A stretch of DNA of 63,752 nucleotides, the filler included, from Octopus bimaculoides (Eukaryota): assembly GCF_001194135.2 (NCBI RefSeq). It is 5 parts of 5 records of this genome, joined end to end, with 100 filler letters (N's around TTAATTAATTAA, not from the genome) between each part and the next. Parts side by side here need not be neighbours in the genome. Positions count along the whole stretch, not along the records: positions 26,185 to 54,261 come from NC_068995.1; positions 54,362 to 62,541 come from NC_068998.1; 3 more parts are not named here. One strand, 5' to 3'. The position numbers were made by a program, and so were the translations under genes. This document shows, piece by piece, positions 43,278 through 55,100 of the stretch. Position 1 is the first letter of the stretch, and each line of letters starts with the position of its first letter. The notes beneath the pieces are model-generated. The model saw only the letters and a list, made by a program, of their open reading frames with translations, made no database searches and was not told the origin of the DNA.

Positions 43278-44465
43278 GTATGTATGTATGTTTGTATGCA
43301 TGTATATGCATATGCATATTTTTATGCGTGTACATATTTATTTATGCATGTGAATATTTGAATGTAAATGCACAAGAATAGCCACACATATGCATATATA
43401 AATCTATATAAATGAGCATATATTTATATATGAGTGTGCATATATATATATATATATNNNNNNNNNNNNNNNNNNNNNNNNNNNNNNNNNNNNNNNNNNN
43501 NNNNNNNNNNNNNNNNNNNNNNNNNNNNNNNNNNNNNNNNNNNNNNNNNNNNNNNNNNNNNNNNNNNNNNNNNNNNNNNNNNNNNNNNNNNNNNNNNNNN
43601 NNNNNNNNNNNNNNNNNNNNNNNNNNNNNNNNNNNNNNNNNNNNNNNNNNNNNNNNNNNNNNNNNNNNNNNNNNNNNNNNNNNNNNNNNNNNNNNNNNNN
43701 NNNNNNNNNNNNNNNNNNNNNNNNNNNNNNNNNNNNNNNNNNNNNNNNNNNNNNNNNNNNNNNNNNNNNNNNNNNNNNNNNNNNNNNNNNNNNNNNNNNN
43801 NNNNNNNNNNNNNNNNNNNNNNNNNNNNNNNNNNNNNNNNNNNNNNNNNNNNNNNNNNNNNNNNNNNNNNNNNNNNNNNNNNNNNNNNNNNNNNNNNNNN
43901 NNNNNNNNNNNNNNNNNNNNNNNNNNNNNNNNNNNNNNNNNNNNNNNNNNNNNNNNNNNNNNNNNNNNNNNNNNNNNNNNNNNNNNNNNNNNNNNNNNNN
44001 NNNNNNNNNNNNNNNNNNNNNNNNNNNNNNNNNNNNNNNNNNNNNNNNNNNNNNNNNNNNNNNNNNNNNNNNNNNNNNNNNNNNNNNNNNNNNNNNNNNN
44101 NNNNNNNNNNNNNNNNNNNNNNNNNNNNNNNNNNNNNNNNNNNNNNNNNNNNNNNNNNNNNNNNNNNNNNNNNNNNNNNNNNNNNNNNNNNNNNNNNNNN
44201 NNNNNNNNNNNNNNNNNNNNNNNNNNNNNNNNNNNNNNNNNNNNNNNNNNNNNNNNNNNNNNNNNNNNNNNNNNNNNNNNNNNNNNNNNNNNNNNNNNNN
44301 NNNNNNNNNNNNNNNNNNNNNNNNNNNNNNNNNNNNNCATGATAAAATTACTTTAGCATTTCCTATCTTGTCCCATTTTCCTTATACATATCAATTCGTG
44401 TGTTACTTTCCAGCCTTCTACACACAAACACACACACATACACACACACACAAACACACATACAA

Positions 44466-44513
<48 letters not shown>

Positions 44514-44722
44514 GTATATAGATAGATAGATAAATAGATAGATAGATAGATAGATACCTACATTACATGTGTGTGCTTTTATGCGCGCGTGTGTGTGTAT
44601 GTATGATAGTGTATATGTGTATACATACACATGCACACAGAAAAATTTGACTGACGAGCCGAGAGATTCGTGCATTGACACTTATGCATACTCACACACA
44701 CGCACACAGATTCATATGTGAA

Positions 44723-44767
<45 letters not shown>

Positions 44768-44922
44768 GTGTGTGTGTGTGCAGTTCTTTATCGTGCACCG
44801 AGAACAAAATTAAAATGCAAGGAAAAGAACGCAATATAGTAATATGGAAACTGCACAAACGTTCATCCAAAATTTATTAATGCAACAACGCTGTTAATGA
44901 AACTGTTCTCAGCTCCTAGGAC

Positions 44923-44936
44923 GTTGCTATGGAAAC
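44923..44936. promoter_or_regulatory. RFX X-box-like palindrome GTTGCTATGGAAAC
   Basis: Matches the RFX consensus GTTNCCATGGNAAC with one C>T; lies in a non-repetitive island. Confidence 0.3.
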
Positions 44937-45672
44937 GATTGCACACCAGTTTCAGATACCTCTTGTCCTTACCGCGCATCACACGTTTGTAGCAGCCAAC
45001 GAAGTTTCACCGGGACTCCCCAAACTGACCATACCTTTTATGCAGCAATTCAAGCGATTAAAATCAGGTGAAGTATGACGTTGGGAGTTACTTTGATCAC
45101 ACGGTTTTATCAGGTTTTGCTGGATATAAGCACTCTTCTTTCCATCATATAAAACTTGTACTTAGTTTTCATGTGCCCCACAAATCTGATAGTTGTCATG
45201 TGCAATAAGCATATAAAATGACGGACAAATTGCCATGTTTAGTAAGGTTAAGATGGTTTTAAACATTTTAGAATCGTAAAAAAAATGAAAAACTTTTGGA
45301 AGCAAGCTCTTTTCTGTTGTAGAGAAAAGCAAAGAATTTCTCTAAAACTTAGGAAAAGGTTCATATTTGTCATCTTTAGAAGCACAGCCGAAATCGATCT
45401 CAGGAAGATGTATTATCATTCCACAGAAATTAACTGTAGAAGATTAGTGAGTATCACTCGTTGAAACGTGCAGAAATATGCGCATACATGTAGAGCAAGA
45501 TTTAATGTAGAATTGGGAGTTAATTCTGTCAATGGAGATACGCTCTAAATGCTCTCTGCATACATACACATATACATACATATATACACACGTGCATACA
45601 TACCTGCAGCACGCGCGCGCACACACACGCACACACACACACACTCTCCCTCTCTCTCTCATACATACACAC

Positions 45673-45717
<45 letters not shown>

Positions 45718-45759
45718 AATCATACATATAGAATTTTTAATAAACATAAGATCCATATG

Positions 45760-46770
45760 GCTTATTCTAATAGTAGAAATATTACACAAATAATAACAAT
45801 ACACAACGTAACAATAATACCGAAATTTCAAAAACGCTATTCTAATCAGAGTAGCAAAGTAAATATTCAGAAAACTAATGTCAAAAGGAATAAAACAAGA
45901 TAATCAAATAGAAGAAAATGATAAGAATTTAAAAGTTGTGGAAAGGGAAACAACCCAATTTAATATAATTAGTATCGCAGAATCGAATGAAAATTCAGCT
46001 ACAAATAGAACAAATATAGCATTATATGGAAGAGTAAATAGTAATAAAGAACTTAATAGAAATGAATTTGATTTTACCATGAATGATCAAATTAATACTA
46101 AATTTGTGAGAAATAAAAGAAATTATCTTCGTAATTGTTCTAAACGGGACTATTGTATTGTGAATAATAAATGTAAAACTAAAAGTGTAATATATAGATG
46201 TAAAGTTACATCTGAGGGAAATGAATACTTTTACATCAGTATCTCCAGTGCTAATCAATTAAATTCATTTAAAGACAAAAATAAAAATTCTAAACAAGTC
46301 TAAGTAAATTAATCTGGTTTATTAAAGACAGAAACAAAGACTATACTGTCAATTGGGAATTGATTAGTACTGCAAAACCATACAGGACCTGTGTATAGAA
46401 CTTCACCAAATTTTTGCATCTAAGGGTAATATAATAAGTTCTCGACAAGAACAACCTTTAAGATGCTTGCATATGAGAAAATTTACTTTTGCTCAATATA
46501 TATGAATTATAAACATTTAAACAACCAAATGTTGTTATAACTGCCTATAAAGAATGAAAGAGTGATTATCCAATCAATACTTGAAGATAATTCGTGTCTA
46601 AATTATCATACAACTCCACATAATAAAACGCAAAGAAAATAAGCAAAAACTTTTAACAGTTAAATCAGAGGATATTACAGTCAAAACCCTGAAGAAACTG
46701 CACCGGTATTATAGTAAGGATGCAATTGCAACGGTTACTAATCGATGCAGTAGAAACATGTGTAGGTCTA
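45760..46770 (+). mobile_element. Penelope-like element 3' part (linker, GIY-YIG, tail with HHR)
   Basis: NCSKRDYCIVNNKCKTKSVIYRCKV..YFYIS; IWFIKDRNKDYTVNWELISTAKPY; RCLHMRKF; HHR at 46686. Confidence 0.8.
46686..46767 (+). ncRNA. Minimal type I hammerhead motif in a Penelope-like element tail
   Basis: ACC CTGAAGA A ACTGCA [43 nt] TGCAGT A GAAA CATGTG TA GGT. Helix III ACATGTGT is self-complementary with two G-U pairs; cleavage triplet GUA. Confidence 0.6.
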
Positions 46771-46776
46771 TTTGAG

Positions 46777-46811
<35 letters not shown>

Positions 46812-47561
46812 NNNNNNNNNNNNNNNNNNNNNNNNNNNNNNNNNNNNNNNNNNNNNNNNNNNNNNNNNNNNNNNNNNNNNNNNNNNNNNNNNNNNNNNNN
46901 NNNNNNNNNNNNNNNNNNNNNNNNNNNNNNNNNNNNNNNNNNNNNNNNNNNNNNNNNNNNNNNNNNNNNNNNNNNNNNNNNNNNNNNNNNNNNNNNNNNN
47001 NNNNNNNNNNNNNNNNNNNNNNNNNNNNNNNNNNNNNNNNNNNNNNNNNNNNNNNNNNNNNNNNNNNNNNNNNNNNNNNNNNNNNNNNNNNNNNNNNNNN
47101 NNNNNNNNNNNNNNNNNNNNNNNNNNNNNNNNNNNNNNNNNNNNNNNNNNNNNNNNNNNNNNNNNNNNNNNNNNNNNNNNNNNNNNNNNNNNNNNNNNNN
47201 NNNNNNNNNNNNNNNNNNNNNNNNNNNNNNNNNNNNNNNNNNNNNNNNNNNNNNNNNNNNNNNNNNNNNNNNNNNNNNNNNNNNNNNNNNNNNNNNNNNN
47301 NNNNNNNNNNNNNNNNNNNNNNNNNNNNNNNNNNNNNNNNNNNNNNNNNNNNNNNNNNNNNNATATATCTATATGTGTGTGTGTATGTATGTATGTATGT
47401 ATATACATATGTATATATATATAGTTTTAGGGAAAAGAACCAAGGTTCATGAATTCATCGATGAAAATCCACTGTCACATATAGAAAAATTAATAATTAA
47501 AAGTACAATAAATGGGTATAATATAATACAAAGTAAATATCATAAGATAAAGATAATAAAA

Positions 47562-47677
47562 TGACTACACGTGTTTCGTAACTAATTCTCAAATAGAAAG
47601 GAAATTTAAATCGATTAAAATCGATTAAAATTATCAAAAATCAATTCTTTTCAAAAATACAGCTAATCTTCAGGTCA
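47562..47677 (-). ncRNA. Minimal type I hammerhead motif in a Penelope-like element tail
   Basis: Minus strand: TGAC CTGAAGA TTAGCTG [75 nt] TAGTTAC GAAA CACGTG TA GTCA. Perfect ACACGTGT palindrome; the 10.1-11.1 pair is mismatched (T/C). Confidence 0.58.
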
Positions 47678-49285
47678 AAATACAACAATATAATGATAAA
47701 TAAATGTATTTATCAACCAACAATAAGTACCAAATGAATTTATATAAAATACTTATTGTATAAAGATAGAAAATGTTATTAAAAATATCAAAATAATAAA
47801 CATTCCATAATCAACCTACATCCATTATAACATATGCTAACAGGTATATTATATACAAAAAACAGCTTAAATAAATTTTTATCGTTTTAAATACAATTTG
47901 AACGAAGTTTAAGGTTGAAATAATAATAAAGATAATATTAGCCCATATTTAAACGATGCAATAGTTAAAGCTAGACTATTTAAGACTAAAAGCTTTTATT
48001 TAATTATCATTAAAAATCAATTGAATAACAAAAAAATACAAGAATACTTATTTATTTCAAACGATGATACAAACAAAGTAAAATGTTGTTGCAGTTCAAA
48101 CTGAAACTTAAACGTAAGAATCAGAACTAAAGGTTAATTAGAAATAAAAATAAAAATATGAATGAAAAAAATTATGAATGAAAGATTATGAACGAAAAAA
48201 TTATTATGAATGAAAGATTAAACTTTATATAGCTTAAGTCTTAATAAAAAAAAGCTTTTAACGATATTATAAACAATAAAGACTAGTTATTTATCAAATA
48301 ATATTAATCGAAAATATTTCAACCCTAATCAAATCGAAGTCTTATATTATGTTGAAATGATACTCTAACTTCTAGATAATTTAGTGTTAAATAAAGTATC
48401 GATTAAAAATAATCTTAAAAAAAACAATTGAATAATATAGAATACAAGAATACATATTATTTTCAAAACAGTGATAAAATCGTTTAGCAAAATAAAAACA
48501 GTACTTATCCAAATGTTGTCGTAATTCAAAGTGAAACTTAGACATTAACTAATAACTATAGCGTCTATTAGCAAGAGGTCGCGCGAAAATACTACGTTAA
48601 AATAGAGAATAGAATATGAAAACATGAATGAAAGAATAATACTTAAAATAATGAATGAAAAATTTAAACTTTATATAACTAACAACATAAAAAACCCAGC
48701 TACCTTATAAAACATTATTAATGAATTTCAATTCTTTTAATAAACATAACTTTATTGTAATAAGGTGCATGTTTTTCAAAGATCTTTATATCCGAAGATG
48801 GTAAAGATATTCTCTTACATATAGTAGACGTTAATGATTTTTTAATTGAGGGTAGGTGATTGCTTTTCGCATGAATGTATTTAATATTTTCATTAATCTT
48901 CTGGTAAGGTTGGGTATTACCAGTAGATAAGTTAAAATTAGCATCTAAATAATTGATATTATAGTACTCATTATAAATATTATTCTTTAAACCATTTCTT
49001 TAAAAAAAAATATATATATTCTCTTTTTAAATAATTCTAGTTTTCTATTAGTGCAATTTGTAGTAAGTAATAAAAGGCCATCTCTATATAAACCACCCTC
49101 CAATTTTAAGTTTTCAAGTTCAAGTTCAGATAATAAATATATACCTATTAAATCAGTTACCTGTGCTGAATCAGGCGCCCCCATTGGTATATCAAAATAG
49201 TCCCTAGTATCTTTCCTAGCCCACAGTTTATTATCATATTTAATCAATGATTTTCTAGCCATTTAACTACATTTACTTCATCATA
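47562..49285 (-). mobile_element. Penelope-like element (RT core and thumb, T-rich tail, HHR); 5' end in a gap
   Basis: FDIPMGAPDSAQVTDLIGIYLL..GGLYRDGL; INYLDANFNLSTG..PYQK..YIHAKSNHLPSIKK..RIS..HAPYYNK. Confidence 0.82.
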
Positions 49286-49638
49286 NNNNNNNNNNNNNNN
49301 NNNNNNNNNNNNNNNNNNNNNNNNNNNNNNNNNNNNNNNNNNNNNNNNNNNNNNNNNNNNNNNNNNNNNNNNNNNNNNNNNNNNNNNNNNNNNNNNNNNN
49401 NNNNNNNNNNNNNNNNNNNNNNNNNNNNNNNNNNNNNNNNNNNNNNNNNNNNNNNNNNNNNNNNNNNNNNNNNNNNNNNNNNNNNNNNNNNNNNNNNNNN
49501 NNNNNNNNNNNNNNNNNNNNNNNNNNNNNNNNNNNNNNNNNNNNNNNNNNNNNNNNNNNNNNNNNNNNNNNNNNNNNNNNNNNNNNNNNNNNNNNNNNNN
49601 NNNNNNNNNNNNNNNNNNNNNTGAATAAATTATCCCTA

Positions 49639-49684
<46 letters not shown>

Positions 49685-49820
49685 CAAGGATTGAATAGAC
49701 AGAACAACAAGAAGAAAAAGTTAGTTGAAACCAGAGTAAACGGGAAATTAGACGAAGACTTAACAGACAGAAAATATAGACAAACACACGATACACGGAA
49801 TATTCGCAACTCACTTTTCC

Positions 49821-49894
49821 TTGTCAGTCAATGAGGCAAAATGTCATAGTGGTTTCGTGGCATTATCATTGAGACCACTCAATATTGGAGGCGC
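49821..49894 (-). ncRNA. Decayed copy of the permuted hammerhead motif
   Basis: Exactly 970 nt from the 50791 copy. Helices I and III are intact, the core is mutated to CTGACAA and strand IIb is changed to GCCAC. Confidence 0.55.
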
Positions 49895-50270
49895 CAGTGC
49901 TGTTATTAAGCTGCTGGGGAAAAGCTAGTGAATGTATACTGAGACAGAACAAATACGACATCATATAAATACAACAGACGAAGAATTATGCATATGTAAC
50001 AGCACGAAGCCTTACGGCTATATACAACAGAAGAAAAAAATATAATGATTATACAAATGCCACATACAATAGAAAGTGCTTTGCAGCTATGGAATGAACT
50101 TAGTTGCGTTGCACCCGGTGAAATGGAGTAAGTCCTACAGGGACCCAGACCAGTATGGCCAGTCTGGTCAAAGGCAGGGCGAAAAACAACAACACCGCCT
50201 TCACCGGATATCGGTCACGTGGTAAGGAAGGGGAAGAATAGAGAGAGGAAAAGGATGGGATACAGGGATT

Positions 50271-50302
<32 letters not shown>

Positions 50303-50790
50303 AAAGAGGGAGTGGAGAAACAGTGAAAGAGAGAGAAGATAAAGGTACAAGGGAAGCAAACAACAAGGGTTTAAAGAGAGGGTAAGAGTGGAGAAAAAGA
50401 TAGAGTAAGGTGGAAAGAGAAAGAGTAAAAAGGAAAGAGGGGCGGAAGGAGAGAGAACAGAGAGGGAGACAGATAAAGAAGAGAAAGGTACAAGAAAGGT
50501 AAACAAGGGCGGAAAGGGAGTGTAAGAGTGGACAAAGAGATAGAGTAAGTGTAGAGGTGGAAAGAGATAGTGTTAAGAATCGCTCAGTAAATATTCAAGG
50601 AATATTTTGTATAATAAAGTAAACAAACAGGGTATGCGTTGCGCTACATGGATGTATCAAGGGTTGAACAGAGACAGAACACAAGGAGAAAAGGTTAGAT
50701 AAAAGCTGTGCAAACCGAAAATTGGACGAAAACTTAACAGACGGGAAATACAAAGACACGATACACAGAATATTCGCAGCTGAAGTTTCC

Positions 50791-50864
50791 TCGTCAGTCA
50801 ATGAGCCAAAATATCATAGTGGTTTCGCGCCATTATCATTGAGACCACTCAATCTTGGAGGCGC
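50791..50864 (-). ncRNA. Non-circularly permuted hammerhead-ribozyme motif, intact copy
   Basis: Minus strand: GCGCC (IIa) tccaagattg AGTGG-U-C TCAATGA (Ia) taat GGCGC (IIb) GAAA CCACT (IIIb) 13 nt TCATTGA (Ib) CTGACGA. Confidence 0.72.
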
Positions 50865-51029
50865 TAGTGCTATTATTAAAGCGAATGTATACTGAGATGG
50901 AAACAAACAAGACATTATATAAATACAACAGACGAAGAATTATGCATATATAACAGCACGAAGCCTTATGGTTATATACTACAGAAGATATCCGAAAAAC
51001 ATAGCATTAAATATCCATTACGGCTGATC

Positions 51030-51345
51030 TTACCCATCAGTTTCGCGTAAAGAATACAATGGAGTATTTCGTAGCAATCCGATTATATGCTTGTATATAA
51101 TCGTCATTTGCCTCGCAAGTAGTCTGCCAACCCCTATTTCTTCGCTGCTTTACGAGCTCTTGGTATTTGGCAAACTTCCTCTCTTGTGATCCCACCGTGT
51201 GTTCTTCCAAGGGAACAGTTCCCAGATGATCACCATTTTTTATTGAATTTGGATAGATCACTGCGTCTGGATGGAGTGTTGCTGGTAGGATGTGATCTGA
51301 GAACTTTAACTGTTCTGCAAGATCTATCCTTAGCTGCTAGTCTAG
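51030..51345 (-). mobile_element. HERO-like RLE LINE fragment
   Basis: QLKFSDHILPATLHPDAVIY..KMVIIWEL-VPLEEHTVGSQERKFAKYQELV..RGWQTTCEA (frameshifted). Confidence 0.75.
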
Positions 51346-51371
51346 GGCACTGGAAAATAGGCATGACGATT

Positions 51372-51379
51372 ATTAATAT

Positions 51380-51434
<55 letters not shown>

Positions 51435-51473
51435 GTAGTAGTAGTAGTAGTAGTAGTAGTAATAGTAATAGTA

Positions 51474-51529
<56 letters not shown>
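51372..51529. repeat. (AAT)n-(AGT)n-(AAT)n compound microsatellite
   Basis: Direct observation; abuts the Dong-like insertion at 51530. Confidence 0.97.
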
Positions 51530-51530
<1 letters not shown>

Positions 51531-51650
51531 TTTCTCTAAAAGAAATGGAAAAACTTTCAAAATACAAAGACCTGGAAATAGAGATAACTCGAATGTGGAA
51601 TCTAAAAACAGAAACAATTCCTATCATAGTAGGTGCCTTAGGTATAATAA
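51530..51650 (+). mobile_element. R4/Dong-like family A, 5'-truncated directly after (AAT)n
   Basis: VSLKEMEKLSKYKDLEIEITRMWNLKTETIPIIVGALGII; near-identical to 3179-3257; runs into a gap. Confidence 0.88.
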
Positions 51651-54214
51651 NNNNNNNNNNNNNNNNNNNNNNNNNNNNNNNNNNNNNNNNNNNNNNNNNN
51701 NNNNNNNNNNNNNNNNNNNNNNNNNNNNNNNNNNNNNNNNNNNNNNNNNNNNNNNNNNNNNNNNNNNNNNNNNNNNNNNNNNNNNNNNNNNNNNNNNNNN
51801 NNNNNNNNNNNNNNNNNNNNNNNNNNNNNNNNNNNNNNNNNNNNNNNNNNNNNNNNNNNNNNNNNNNNNNNNNNNNNNNNNNNNNNNNNNNNNNNNNNNN
51901 NNNNNNNNNNNNNNNNNNNNNNNNNNNNNNNNNNNNNNNNNNNNNNNNNNNNNNNNNNNNNNNNNNNNNNNNNNNNNNNNNNNNNNNNNNNNNNNNNNNN
52001 NNNNNNNNNNNNNNNNNNNNNNNNNNNNNNNNNNNNNNNNNNNNNNNNNNNNNNNNNNNNNNNNNNNNNNNNNNNNNNNNNNNNNNNNNNNNNNNNNNNN
52101 NNNNNNNNNNNNNNNNNNNNNNNNNNNNNNNNNNNNNNNNNNNNNNNNNNNNNNNNNNNNNNNNNNNNNNNNNNNNNNNNNNNNNNNNNNNNNNNNNNNN
52201 NNNNNNNNNNNNNNNNNNNNNNNNNNNNNNNNNNNNNNNNNNNNNNNNNNNNNNNNNNNNNNNNNNNNNNNNNNNNNNNNNNNNNNNNNNNNNNNNNACA
52301 GGAAAATCGTGTAATTCTATTCCATGAAAGCTCCCTTCTGCCATTTGCTTGATTTCCACTCCCCTTTCAGTGTCATTCAACGATCTGTCACTTGACTTTC
52401 CATGGCTCTTGACTCGTTCTTCTGTCACTGTTGAAATTTATATTATGTATGTGCGTATGTATACGTGTGTCTGTAGGTGCAGGTATGTATGTGTAGTTAT
52501 GAAATTCACGTCATAAAGACTCAGTTATTTATCTAGTTCTAGTATAGGACAACTTCAACATGTCTTCTGCAAAAGCCTCAGATCAACATTGACACATGAC
52601 GTCATTTTCATTGAGTCTTTTTTCCCTTTTTCGGCTATACCAGCCACAGTATGCAACACATTCGAGAGATGTTAATAAAAATGTTAGAAATTAAGCGATG
52701 CCTGACCTGAATATTTTTTAAAGTGAAGAAAGGCTAGTTCCACTCTCAAACAACGTAAGAATTTAACCAAAGAGAAGAACTGATTTACATTGTTGGATAC
52801 ACCCCGAGTCGCATGTGTTACATCAAAGTTTTCTTTATCCTAGAGATATGTCTAAACAAAAGCTAGGAGTCTTTCACTCCCAGCTTGTCATTCGCTCTTC
52901 GCTAGAATTTGCTTTTGTGTCCAATCAAAATCACCCTCCTTACCAAGCAGGCTTGGTAGGCGCGTTCAAAGATACATGTGTCGTCAATCCACCATTTTGG
53001 AATATGCCAAGATGGTAACGAAAGCATACTCTTCCGAATAGTTAAAAGAGACATATCGTACATCACGTTCCAGTAAACTAATGGTCAAGAGCATATAGTT
53101 GAAATCACACCCGCATACATTGTAATATATAGTATATTGTAATATACATTTGTGCAGAAGCACACGTTCAGAAGTACAACACGGATATCATAGACACCTA
53201 TCATGTCCAAGCACACACATGGAAATATTCACACAAAAGACGTATGCAACACACAACACACATATAAACACATTTCCGGGTACGATGTACGTGCATCGAT
53301 ATATTCATAAATAAACAAATCTTGAAAAGGTTCGCCACGTGTGAGTAGATTCATAAGCATATGCGCTCTTAAACGTACGGGTGCATGCATGCCTTTATAC
53401 GTATCTTTATGAGTTGACACATACATGCGCATTCACTTATGTACATGCTCTCGCTCTTATCCATTTTCACGTGCAAGTCACCTGCTATTCATACACTTTC
53501 ATGTATATATATATATTTATAGGTTGTACAAGTATGCATATGCATATAAACATGCTTGTGCATAAATGATCTCTCTCGCTATTCTTTGCTTGAATGTTCA
53601 CAAATACAGCAGGTTCATGTAACTGGTCGTTCCTGCGCTTCAAGAATGGGAATACATACCCACTGAGGATGGTCACACTTCCAGTATTCAGTATTCTCAT
53701 TTAAAATGGAAACTATATACCTTTGTACTCTTACTATTCCAAAATTACTGAAATTCGCGCACGATGGCTTACTAAAAAAAGTATTCTACTGCTAAACACG
53801 AGACGATCCTGAATAATTTTCGCACTAAGTAACCATTTCCTTGCAACAAGACAGTGATTTTAACTGCAAGTAACCTTGTGGTAGACGAGTCGTGTTTCCG
53901 AAAGAGATATTTGTGGTACTTACAGAGCTGCACAACTGTAACGATATATTGATATATATTGATATATATATATGTTCATATAATGATAACTACCAAATGT
54001 ATTGGTAAGATAAAACATATAATCGTTACCAAAATATCAAAAATTCGTTCACAAAGGTCTAAAGTAAACTCCTTATGAAAAAAAAAATTTAAATAAGAGC
54101 TTTGATGGAAGGAGGGATGGATGGATGGATGGAGGGATGGATGGATGTGTATGCATGTATGTGTGTATGTATGTTCATAAATATATATATTTACACATAC
54201 ATGTAAATATATAC

Positions 54215-54261
<47 letters not shown>

Positions 54262-54514
54262 NNNNNNNNNNNNNNNNNNNNNNNNNNNNNNNNNNNNNNN
54301 NNNNNTTAATTAATTAANNNNNNNNNNNNNNNNNNNNNNNNNNNNNNNNNNNNNNNNNNNNACATATTGCTAGGAACGTAATTATCCGTAATTAGGTGAC
54401 ACTTTCTGAGCGTACGTTCATATCGTAAACTCCTTAATGCGAATAAAGTTACAGTTACATACACTTATACGTATGTAGGTGCGTATGTGTGTGTACACAT
54501 ACATACACATATGA

Positions 54515-54677
54515 TACGCTTCTTTCAGTTTCCGTCTGCCAAATCCACTCACAAGGCTTTGGTTGGCCCGAAGCTATAGTAGAAGACACTTGCCCAAGAT
54601 GTTACGCAGTGGGATTGAACCCGGAACCATGTGGTTGTGAAGCAAGCTACTTACCACACAGCCACTCCTGCGCCTAA
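54515..54677 (-). mobile_element. SINE family A, 5' half
   Basis: Reverse complement of the family A head and core. Confidence 0.88.
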
Positions 54678-54715
54678 ATAAAAACCTCATTGGAAAAATT
54701 TTACAAAATATTTTA

Positions 54716-55100
54716 TAATTATATGCATAATTATAACAAGGGATTGGCTTTATGCCTCACCACGCACTGTAGAAATAGACTCCAAATGCCCTATTATCAC
54801 CTTAAAATCTCCGAGAATAACACACTATTTTGTAGGCGACTAAAAGAAAAATAATGAATCAACAACATTTCGGTTAACCGCGTAAAGGATCCTGTTTCAA
54901 GCTTAAAGTAAAGAAATATTACCTTCTGCTCTCATCACTGACGGTATTCCATAGCATAAATTTACGAGTATCTCAAAATTTGCATGCGAGTTGTGTTATT
55001 CTCTGAGATTTTAAGGTGGTAATAAGGCATTTGGCGTCTATTTCTACAGTGCGTGGTGAGGCGTAAAGCCAATCCGTTGTTATAATTATGTATGCAATTA
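54716..55100. mobile_element. MITE-like element with inverted arms of about 110 bp
   Basis: 54716-54825 is the reverse complement of 54991-55100 with only scattered mismatches. Confidence 0.75.

Larger units (their letters stand above)
49715..50988 (-). repeat. Pair of roughly 300-bp direct repeats (about 49715-50036 and 50690-50988) around a GA-rich spacer; each repeat holds a permuted HHR
   Basis: Collinear sequence, for example CATTATCATTGAGACCACTCAAT and ATAAATACAACAGACGAAGAATTATGCATAT in both copies. Confidence 0.9.
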
